Assembly: GCA_021613535.1 (NCBI GenBank)
Contig: CP075495.1
Coordinates: 7,192,001 to 7,256,000, forward strand
Source of the DNA: Adineta vaga
Lineage: Eukaryota > Animalia > Rotifera
DNA length: 64,000 nt
Direction: 5' to 3'
The number at the start of each line of letters is the position of its first letter. Within the stretch, counting starts at the first letter, position 1. The translations under genes and the position numbers were made by a program. Below are positions 13,493-24,501 of the stretch, one piece after another. The notes beneath the pieces were generated by a model. That model saw nothing but the letters and a program-made list of their open reading frames with translations. It had not been told where the DNA came from and searched no databases.

Positions 13493-14467
13493 ATGAATTC
13501 ACCAGCATTTATTATACTGTTTGGTCTTTTATGGATATGGATGAGATTAGTAGATGGCTTGTCCATTGCTAAAATTCTCAATGCGACTTAAGAAGGTATA
13601 GCATTCTCTAAAACGAATATAGTCAAATCAACTTCGTGTATGTGTTCGTGTATTGATCATCCACATTGTTTATCAATCAGTGTGACAACAATGTCCACCA
13701 GTTTTTATCAATGTCAATTATTTGCAACATATCCATCAAAAAGTTCTCAGTTATCTTCATCACTAGCATCATATGTAACTATCTTTGTTAATCGAACGAT
13801 GAGTTCCATTTATATGAATAATGGTACACGTTTATCAAATCCTACGAGTTTATTTTCTAATACTTCACGCCCATGGATACCTATTTTTAAACTATTTACC
13901 GGAAACAATCAATTGTTTTTAGGATTGAATTCCAGTTATTTAACTACATTAACAGCAATACCAACTATTTCAATCCATCAAATAGCACCACATTGGTATA
14001 ATGTTTTACTTTCTCAATGGAATCAAAATTTATACATACCCAATCAATTAGCAATTGCTTTTATCATTAATCGTGTAACTATTATTGATTTTTTAGTTTT
14101 CAATAGTACATTATCAACTACGAGTACTTGGTTTAATATATTACGTTTAATTTCTAATCAATATTGGTCCATAAGTCAATATTCTTCTACATCAATTGGT
14201 CAAACACAAATGACATCAATTTATCAAGATAATGATTGTATAAGATCATTGAATTGTAATTTTAAATATTCCAATAGCGGATGTACACTCGATTTTTATG
14301 GATACTTTTTTATTTACGGTGGTTATAAAGATCTATGTATTGCTGCTGTTAGAAATATATCCAAAGTATCGGTGCCATCGATTTTCTATAGTCCTACAAT
14401 TAATTATACGAATGGAAAACTTGATTATTTCAATATTAGTGATGGTATTATGGGATTTGTTCGTTAA
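13493..14467 (+). pseudogene. Secreted PAN/Apple-like-domain protein with an invertebrate-type C-terminal domain; in-frame TAA at codon 33
   Basis: ATG 13493 gives signal peptide MNSPAFIILFGLLWIWMRLVDG. TAA at 13589-13591 is followed by the same frame running into the 275-aa ORF (CMCSCIDHPHCLSISV...CQLF). No intron is evident. Confidence 0.6.
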
Positions 14468-15651
14468 AAATCTACATACGTGAATATATATATATATATA
14501 CATATATCTAATGTTCTAATTCTTATCATGTACAAATAAATTTATCTAAGGATCAACGATATTCTCTTTAATAAGTTTGTCAGTTCTTGCCAAATTCTAA
14601 TGGCAAATTTTCAGTCGAAAGATATCAAAAAGTAGTTTATCAAAGTATCTGTCATAGTATTCTGCGATTAATGTCACATTTTGTAGATTGACGTTTCATC
14701 TTTGAATTGAATAAAGAAAACAAGATCATGATTATACATAATTGATCAAAAGAATTTAAAAAAATGACTTGTTGTTTTTACAAGTTCATGCTATTTGAGA
14801 TATAAGTAGTAAATGAATATACAACTACAGTTGCAATAAAACAATATCGAAGAATTTCCTCTTTTTTTGTATACCGTCTCAGCTGTATATTTTCAGTACT
14901 AACTGTTCGTGTATCTACTAGATATAAGAATTTCTCAAGTATAGCCAAACTTGTAGAAAGTATTTCAGAATAATATCGAGTTCAGCAATACGTTTGATGT
15001 TGTCTCGTTCTAAACTTATATTGCTGCTGAAGAGGGAAAACGATTGATTCAAATCACAATCTTTTAAGACAAATATAATAATCGATTTACCAATAGTTTG
15101 TCAATCATATAATCGAGAAAATAAAAATCATTATTTGAATAGAAACAAACTATTCGCATTTCTTCAATTTGTATTGTTTTATCGACTTTATATTAGATGC
15201 TAAATTGTTGAAATCACTTAACAATGAAAATTGTTTTTTTTTGTCAATAGTTCATTTCCTTCAAGAATGTTCCTGTTCATTCTCTTCCTTTCATTGGAAT
15301 CAATTTGTCAGAAAAAAGATTTTATACTTTATTTTATTCTCACCAAATAATGAATCTCTTAAGAATAAAGTGAGAAATAGTTTAGTTAATGACATTTGGT
15401 TTTTTTTCCTCTGGTGAAAGTTTTAAACTAAGAAATTTTCTCATCTTCTTTGAATCCAAGCGACATCTGCCTTTAAAAATCATATCATTGATTGATATTT
15501 CCAGCTGTTACAGTTGTTTATTGTTTTTTGTTTCATTCTCTATCTTTTCTTGTTTTAAAATATCAAATTACCTCGACTAATTCTTTTTATTTGATTTTCT
15601 TTGTTTACATTTATATCTATTTTTAAACAACAGAATTACTTCTAGATTATC

Positions 15652-17359
15652 ATGAATTCATTGATTAGCAATATTCCACGTCTAGGCGAAACAAAGACTA
15701 AACCAAAAATAGGTGAAATACGTTTAACTACCGATGGAAAACGACGGAAAATATTCGATGGTAATTGTTGGCAATATCTGTGTGCAGGCGATATTAATTG
15801 TCGAATTCAATCAAAACTTACATGTCGACTACATAAAAATAGCATTTCGACAAGTCCATCACTAGATAAATTATCAGCAAATAAAATCGATCAACTTAAA
15901 TTAGGTGATATGCAAATATTACCGAATGGAAATCGACAGATATGGCGAGGTACTCGATGGTATAATCTATGTCAAGCAAAGAATTGTTCCGTACAAGCTA
16001 AAGAATTTTGTAAAACACATCAAAATCAACGAATATCATTGCCAAATACAAGTATATAAATTTTCTAAGATTCAATTTTCTTGCTTGTAATGATGAATTC
16101 TTTGATTCTTTTTCGAAACTCTAGATGGATCTATTACTGAAAAATTTCGATTAACCGCTCGTACACGATCATGTACACTTACTACTGAAAAATCAGGTAT
16201 GTGAAGTCATTTTTATTTAGATATTGATTCAATGAATCTGTTCTATGTAGAAAAAAAAGAACATGAAGCTATACAATCATCAGATGATACAATTTCTTCC
16301 GAAGTACTGACTAACAAACGTGTTCGATCTTATGAAAATCTTGCTGAAACAACCAACACTACCGAAACAACAACAACAACAACAACACCATTGGAAAAAC
16401 CTGAAGTACATACACGTAATGGTCGTCGTGTACGATGTAATGGTTCAATTTGGAAACATCTATGTGCTGATAAAAAGAATGTTTTGTACAAACGTAAATA
16501 TACGCGTCACAGTATGCCTACGAAAAAAGCTGATCTAATCGATGAAACTAATCCTGAAGAGTCTGTTACAACAGAATTATTACCGTCAGATACAACTGAT
16601 TCAACAGTAAAAACTAGTCCAATTCCACAATCAGATAAGAGTAAAAAACGAAAACTAACCGATGATATTAACGTGAGAGAACATATTGTTCCAAAACGAT
16701 CAAGTCATGCTCAAAAACAAAAAGGTAAGCAACAAAAGAATAGTCTAGGATCTATTATGTTCTATTTGTTTTCAAGATTCTGAAAAACCAATTATTTTAC
16801 ATATTGAACCAAATTCTTCCAGTGCATCAGTAAGTTATCATTATCACTTGTTTTTATGTTTACTTAATTACTAAATGAACTTTTTCTTTCAGATTTTTGA
16901 TAGTCCTACAAAGGATCAATCACTTGATGAACCTGTTTTAGATGATCCGGAGATTTCATTTGCATTAAAACCTAATCGACTCAATACAACTTTTCAATCG
17001 ATTGAAATTCCTGTTCAACCACCAGTACCATTCAATTATGATTCTTCACCGGCATCAATTCTTGAACAATTCGGAACAATTATAAAGAAAGAAGCAGTAG
17101 TTGTAAGTTATTGACCATTGCAAAATCATTCGTTCATTGACCTAATATGCGTTTGTTTACATAGGAAGAAGAATCTTTAATTTGTGTGCCAACAACATAT
17201 ACAAATGGTACTGAATCATCTGCATGTGAAACGTTACAAGACTTTTTACGTGCTGAAGAAATGAAAACCAAGGAATTTAAACTCGATTGTCAACGTATTA
17301 GTTACCGTTTAGCTAAAATTCACGATTGTATTGGTAGTATTTCATCGCTAACTAGTTGA
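15652..17359 (+). CDS. Cluster gene A: two intact and one decayed Capicua-N1-like CCCH modules, ~6 exons
   Basis: Modules GEIRLTTDGKRRKIFDGNCWQYLCAGDINCRIQSKLTCRLH, GDMQILPNGNRQIWRGTRWYNLCQAKNCSVQAKEFCKTH and RNGRRVRCNGSIWKHLC. Exons ~15652-16051, 16125-16196, 16251-16723, 16777-16829, 16893-17102, 17165-17359. Confidence 0.75.
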
Positions 17360-17665
17360 ACCCCATCAAGCAATCAAACCCGTCTCCTAATTCTTATACC
17401 AATTTGTAAATTTCCAATTCGCAAAAAAAAACTCTCAATGGCTTCAATCAGATAAATACAGAATTCAATTGTTAACTCTTGTTTGTTTTGTTTCGTTTCG
17501 TTTCGTAAAGGGAAAAAGAAATGATGATTGTAAGTTTGTATTGTTCATTCATACATTTCGTTTAACATATTCCTGTACTATGTGAATAATTAAAATCACC
17601 TTGAAAAGAAAAAAAGAACCTTGTCTGATTTCTTTGTTTTCCTCTTATTTAAGATTAATTCTATC

Positions 17666-19325
17666 ATGTCAACGAAATCCAACGATATTAATGATAAGAA
17701 TTTATTAATCACATCTATTAAACTTGAAAATGATACAGATGATGATTTATCACATGATGAATCGTCAGATATTCCTAATCAAAAAGATTATTTTTCCAAT
17801 CTATCTTCAACATCTACAGCAAATCTTGCATCTTTATCATCAGCTTATAAAGGAAAAATTGAAGTTACAAGTAAAGGACGTCGGAAAATTTTTGATGGAG
17901 TTCGATGGCAGATTTTATGTCGAAGACCAGGTTTGACTTTTTATCTATTCAAGAATATCAGACATTTTTTTGGAATAGTTGTCTTAACATTTTCTACTAT
18001 TATCTAGTAATAAGATGAAGTATAGTGAATATGATTACTATTTCGTTTTCATACAGCTACTTACTCATATCTTTTCATAAAATTGTTTATATCTCGAAAT
18101 ATTTGAAAAGAAAAATGTAATTAAGTCTTCAAAATTTTGTCATAAATATCTAGAATAAAAATGATTGTCTTTGCAGAATGCCGAAAACAAACAAATAAAA
18201 AATCACTTTGTATAACACATTACAAAGAAGAATATGAGTTACCAAACGATCGATCACCATCATCTTGGTCAAATAAGTTTTCATCATTTCAAGTTCCATG
18301 TTATCGACAGCAACATTTATTTAATACTACATTAACTCAAAATGATATCGAAGATCAAAATAATACAATAAGCACAACAAATATTACTGATAATAACGAA
18401 CAATTATCATTAAATTCTAGTCCTAATCGATCAATCAACGAAGATCAAATCGAATATTTCGATAATGGTCGACGTACTATATTAAAGAATAAACGATGGC
18501 AATCATTATGTAAATATGATCATACTTGTCGAAATATTGCTAAATTTGATTCATTATGTATAAAACATTTTGAAATAACTCAACAAAAACGACGAAATCT
18601 TTTAAAATTTCATAATCCTGATAAACCATATTTACATTCCACTTTGTTTGATAAATATCGATCAGTTTTTACCAATGATCTCGCTAAACGTCTGAAATTG
18701 AGCAATGGTAAATTATCTTCTAAACTCTTCATTCTTGTTAAAAGATCTCAATAATTTCCTTTTAGAGATTCAAAGATCATCTTCTTCCATTATCGAACAA
18801 TTTGATATAAATAGTAATGAAAATATTTACACGGTATTTAGATTAAATTATCATTTTTCCTTGATTTCTATTCTTCTGATTCTTTGTTTTAGTCAACTAA
18901 ATTAGTCGAAAACAATTCTCGTCCATTAACAACTGAACTTACCGGTAATAAAACATTAACATCTTCAAAAACAAATCTACAGATCGGTTTATCAAAATCT
19001 TCATTGGTAAGACAAATTGATTTGATTCAAAAGCTACTATGTGTATTATTTCTAGTTTAAAAAACAAAAAACTGATTATCAAACAGATCAATCCGTCCAA
19101 ACTGATTTAAGCATTCCATTATGTTGTCAAATTCATCATGATGATCATCATTCATTCTATTCGATATGTAAAGATAACGTAAGAGAAGAAAAACAAGATA
19201 TTCAAACAGGAAATCATTATTTTTCTTTTTTGAAATAGCAATCAACATCATCGATGTTAAGTATGAATACCAAATCCGAACCGTTATGTTTTGATTCAAA
19301 TATATCCACATCCGAACTTCAATGA
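17666..19325 (+). CDS. Cluster gene B: two Capicua-N1-like CCCH modules, ~6 exons
   Basis: Modules GKIEVTSKGRRKIFDGVRWQILCRRP|ECRKQTNKKSLCITH (split by intron ~17931-18177) and IEYFDNGRRTILKNKRWQSLCKYDHTCRNIAKFDSLCIKH. The 3' exons were joined by hand to TGA 19323-19325. Confidence 0.72.
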
Positions 19326-19690
19326 AATTCTTTTCAGTCATAGCTTGAACAATCTTCAGTAGATTTTTTTTCTTATTTTTTACTGATAATAGTAGTTATT
19401 GCTTTCTATATTGATTGTATTTTTTAGTATTGTATTGAAAATTTTTCTTGTTTTAAATATTAATTGATAACAGAGATATGAAATAGAAGTGATGATTTTT
19501 TTTCCGATGACGAATGAGATATTTTTTCTTCTGTTCGAACTATAGTTGTTTTATTGTCTCAAATTATGTCGTTTTTTTAGTTTAAATAGAAAATAAATAT
19601 AAATGTGTATGCATGTATCTGATTGTCTTATGAATTGAATTTATTACACGATATATTTAATTCTTAATATTTAAGGAACAACGAAAAATG

Positions 19691-20371
19691 TTATGAAGAA
19701 ATTCCATATAAATTCGTGGAATCAAGAAGATCATAGATACTACTATAATCAGATTCATCGATTTCATGTTTTTCTAATTCTTCACTTTCTTTCAATATAC
19801 CTAATATCCATCTACGTTTGAAAATAATTTTGCCAAGATGATCACATCCTTCTGGCAACATAGAATTCTTCGGCACCAATACATGTCTACCATATTTTCG
19901 CATTGAATCTACTGCTTTTAATCCATCATATGGATGAATAATTATATCATCGGATGTTTCCTTCGTATGACGTCGATAATATTTCGTATGCCATATTTCA
20001 TTAATTTCACGAAGAATTTCTAAGCCATGTAATTGACCTTCTTGCCAATATCGTTCTAAATAATAAACAGATGAACTAGGTCCACCCACACGATGATATG
20101 TTTGTGAACATTCTTCTAAACCATGACGCTCAAGATGTTTAACATTGCCAATAACAGTAACACGCACGTCAAAATTCCACATGATAAATCGATAATTCCA
20201 TATTGATATTTTACGTACAAAACGTGTTTTCATCATTAATTTCAAACGTCGAGCTTCGTTTAACCATTGACGATTAACCAATGATTGTGATAGATAATCT
20301 TTTGGTGTTTGACAATGTAACAAAATCAAGCGAATGGCTTCGTGAGGTAATTCAATATAATTTGATGACAT
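19691..20371 (-). CDS. Intronless F-box-like protein with MORN-variant (YwqK-like) motifs
   Basis: 226-aa ORF. The N-terminus LPHEAIRLILLHCQTPKDYLSQSLVNRQWL fits an F-box pattern, and RHGLEEC and YWQEGQLHGLE fit MORN-2-like repeats. Confidence 0.65.
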   Translation of the reverse strand: MSSNYIELPHEAIRLILLHCQTPKDYLSQSLVNRQWLNEARRLKLMMKTRFVRKISIWNYRFIMWNFDVRVTVIGNVKHLERHGLEECSQTYHRVGGPSSSVYYLERYWQEGQLHGLEILREINEIWHTKYYRRHTKETSDDIIIHPYDGLKAVDSMRKYGRHVLVPKNSMLPEGCDHLGKIIFKRRWILGILKESEELEKHEIDESDYSSIYDLLDSTNLYGISS

Positions 20372-21045
20372 TTGTAAATATGAACTTTTCTTGCCTACGG
20401 AGAAATTTTACATCATCGTATGTCGAAATAAAAGGAGTATGGACTTCTTTTTCTCATTCGATAATAAAAAAAAGAAAGCGAAAGAAAAGAAAAGGTAGAA
20501 ATTGAAGGCAATCAACTGAAAATAGAATGTTTATCTGTCAAGATCGTGTTTTATGAAATATTTCAATAAATTGTATAAATAAAAGATCATTTCTATTATT
20601 CAGATAACAATATAAAAAGAAAGCATGTCTAATACGATTACTGGAAATTACATTCACTTTTTTCAGAATGAATACAATGAAGCAAATCAAAGATCAAATA
20701 AAAGATTCTTTTTGAAATAATAATATAAAATTCTCTTCTTTAGAAAATATCACTAAATCTTCTGTCTGATGATAAGCATATTTGTATATGTTCAACCAAA
20801 TGATTTATAAAATTCTCCAAAAATATATTGACGAAATCATTTATGTCTAAAATTCAAAACAATAGATGTCGTCATTGATTTATAACACCCTTAGTATATA
20901 ATTAGATTCTATTGGTCCAAAGTTATCTAACCGTTCGATCTAATAGTAAAGAGATAGATAGAAGTTACTTATTTGTCAACAAAGGTTTGAAGGGTGTCGT
21001 ATTGTATGCTTTCAATAATGAAATCATGTTTTGTTTTAGATAACA

Positions 21046-24000
21046 ATGGATTCAGATTTTGATGATGAAGATGTTCGTTCATTATCTGAACGTGTTTTAC
21101 CAATAATATCGATATCATCTACAAATTATACATCTTCTTCTCGTGATATTAATCATTCAGTGAAACCACAACCTAGTACTCTATGTGATAAACAATCATT
21201 CCAAGAAATTTTATCTAAGCCCGGAAATATAGGTGATATAATTCAATTAAGTGATGGTACAAGAAAAAAGTTTAATGGTTCAACTTGGCGTCGTATGTGT
21301 TCGGAACCTGATTGTTCGTATTATACTCAGAGAGAAGGTTTATGTAAACCACATTTAGCTACATTGAAAAAACGAAAATTATCTTCCATAACGAAAGATA
21401 ACTTAAAAGATGATGATGATAATTTATTATCTGAAGATCAAATTACAACTAACGAAGAACAACACACTAAAGATTCACTCTTAACATTAGCGAATAGTAC
21501 ACAAAAACCATCTCAACGTATTTGTGCTGATCCAACGTGTTCAACAATAGTTGATGAGGGACATGAATATCAAAATGGGTTTGTTGAAAATAAAACCTAT
21601 CATCTGATAGTTTATTTATGAATTTTAGTTTATGTCCACATCATTATGATGAATTTTGTGCTAGAAATTTAGCAGCAACAGATTCATCTTCAGATACATT
21701 TACGTTTTCAACTTCATTGCGTAAACGTCGACATCCAGATCCACCTTCACAAGTACCGGTACTTTATGATATTCAATCATCAATTACAAAAACAACTCAT
21801 CGTCTTTCAATAGCTGCTATTCCGCCATCTGTAGATATTAATAATCCGAGAAAAGGTGATATTATTGAAATGGTAAATGGTTCACGTAAAAAATTTGATG
21901 GAGTTATTTGGCGTAAAATTTGTTCCGTACCTGGCTGTTTGATTGCTTCACAACGTAATGAATTATGTCGAAAACATATATCTAAATTAGACGACAATTC
22001 TAATGATGTGTCAAGTACAGATCTGGTTGGATTAATGGCAATGATGACATCAACATCGAAACGTATTCCATCGACATCAACATCATCATCGACAGATGAA
22101 AAAATAGGTAGGAATAACACATAATAACGTTTTTCTAATTCTTTTCACAATCTATATTTTTAGAAACTCGTATCTCAACTAATATCAAAGAAGAACTCAT
22201 GGATGATAATAGTACACAAGATGAGTGCAATAATGATAACATATCATATAGTCATCCAAAATCAGGTAGATAATGGCACATTGTTTTTCTTTTCTTTATC
22301 TTTTCTTCGACAAATTTCAGATGACGACGACAATGATGATGAGGAGGAGGAGGATGATGATGATGAAAGTACGGGAAAACCGAATGGCCATCATCAAGAA
22401 AAACTTTCTACAATCGATGAAGATAATTTCGATGCTTCAACTGATCATAGAACATCTACGAATCGACAAAAATTCTCAACAAGTAAATACAATTGATTCT
22501 TGATCTGTGATTAATTTATATAAAATTTCGCTATAGATTCGTTAAAGAAATGGTTACGAGAGCATCGAAATAATCCATATCCAACTAATCAAGAAAAGAT
22601 TAATTTAGCTAAACAATCATCAATGACATCTGATCAAATAACTTTGTGGTTTAATAATGCACGAGCTATTGTTCGACGAACTCATCCAAAATCACGACAT
22701 TCATCGAATACTACTAAAAATAATGATAATACTGAAGTAATGTCTAAAAATGAAGCATATTCAAGTTCAACTACGAAAATTCCTTCGGAAGGTAAAATAA
22801 AATAGGAAATGCTTTTACAATGTGAAAAAGGTAATAACAATGATATGTTTAGTCTATCGATCATTTCCATTATATAATGATATAAATTCACGTTCAATTG
22901 GTGTACAATGTAATCCATCAACAACGAATGAAATAACATCAACCGACTTTTCTCATATGACTGATGAAGAACTAGCATCTGATCGTACAATAAAAATTCT
23001 AACTCCATCACAGCATGTTTTAAAAGCAGTCAATAGTATACAATGCAAAAATGCTAATGATTTGTTAGTAGACAATATTAAACTTGAAAATGATGCAGAT
23101 ATGAAGAAAGAAAAAGAAATCATTCTTTCAAGCACTTGTCTTGATGATGATCAAATGGTAAAAATCTTTTATATTTCTAACACTTATTGTAGTTATTGAG
23201 GATATTTTTTCAAGAATCATATTCGTATTGCATACATTTTGAAGGAGTGGTAGACATAATTTTATCTTTCCTTTAAAACTCTCAACCTCTGAGTTCTTGT
23301 CACCTATGGTTCATTCTGATCTTTTAATTCTCTTACGGTTCACCGATCAAAGTGTAAGCGACAGAAAATAACATAGATAACAAGCAATATTAGAGCTTTA
23401 ATTTCCAGGTCATCTAAATTTAGCTTCAAAAAAGATTTATATAAAATTACATGACCCGGAAAGGAAAAAAATAATTTATTTGAGTCTGACATTCATGGAA
23501 CAATTTAAAAATAGAAGAATATTGCTGACACAAATTTCTTTAATCTTCTATATTTAGACTCGTCTTAATAATTTTTGTACAAGATTTAACATTAAATCAT
23601 CCAATATTGTTGATAAATATACCACACATTTAATTACTGACGAAGAAGGTGAAACACTTGTTTGTCCTTTATCAAAAAAAGTTATTCAAGCAATTGCTTA
23701 TCATATGCATATTTTAACTTATCGTTGGATTGATACGTGTTTAAAAATGAATCAAATTATTCATGAAAAACCCTATGAAATTCAAGGTGATCTAACACTT
23801 TCACCTGATCATCATGGTATGAATAATGATCTTGTTTTTTCTTTCGTTAACACACAATCCTATTTATTAAGGTATGCAACGAAGTCGACAAAGTATTTTA
23901 CCCTATAATCTTCCTAAAACATACTTACTGGAAAATTATTCTATTATGTTAAAATGTGATGGTTGTCAAGGTATGATGAACAATGATGAATTAATCGAAC

Positions 24001-24286
24001 TAGTGAAATTATGTGGAGCAAAATATACAACAGATTCGCATTTTTCACGTTTTCAATCAGGTATTATTCGTGTTGTTCTTTGTGAAAAAGAATATTTAAT
24101 TAATCGAAAAGAAGTCTATGAAAAATGTGTTCAAGCTGGCGTACATTTTGTTACACCGGAATGGTAGCGAATAGAAAAATATTTTCATTCGTATTATCTA
24201 ACATCTTCTTCTATTTATTTAGGTTTCTCGAATCTTTAGTTCACTATTGTATTCAACCATTTCAAGAATATGAAATAACACCATAA
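21046..24286 (+). CDS. Cluster gene C: 2x Capicua-N1-like zinc-finger module + TALE homeodomain + BRCA1-type tandem BRCT; ~9 exons
   Basis: Modules GDIIQLSDGTRKKFNGSTWRRMCSEPDCSYYTQREGLCKPH and GDIIEMVNGSRKKFDGVIWRKICSVPGCLIASQRNELCRKH. Homeodomain LKKWLREHRNNPYPTNQEKINLAKQSSMTSDQITLWFNNAR. BRCT TTHLITD..VCPLSKKVIQAIA..YRWIDTCL..YEIQGD..HHG / ELVKLCGA..VTPEWFLESL. Exons ~21046-21578, 21629-22107, 22164-22265, 22321-22481, 22537-22791, 22853-23157, 23558-23816, 23872-24163, 24223-24286. Confidence 0.82.
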
Positions 24287-24501
24287 AGAGAACAACACGA
24301 ATTTCATTCATTTTATTGGTCAGATTTTGCTTTCATGCATATAGAAAACAATTGTTTTTATAATCTTTTTTTTATTGTTTTTCTTTCAACAACAAAAAGA
24401 AATAACCGAAACCAAACTTAATTATTGTAGTGATCATTTATCTACGATTCTTTTATGTACATATACATTTAGTTAAAGTTTTGTATGATTTCTATCTTCA
24501 G

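Noticed and set aside
14560-15100. Coding-like fragments on the minus strand (also 57600-58480)
   Set aside because: Short, stop-interrupted frames with no recognisable family, so neither pseudogene nor TE can be supported.
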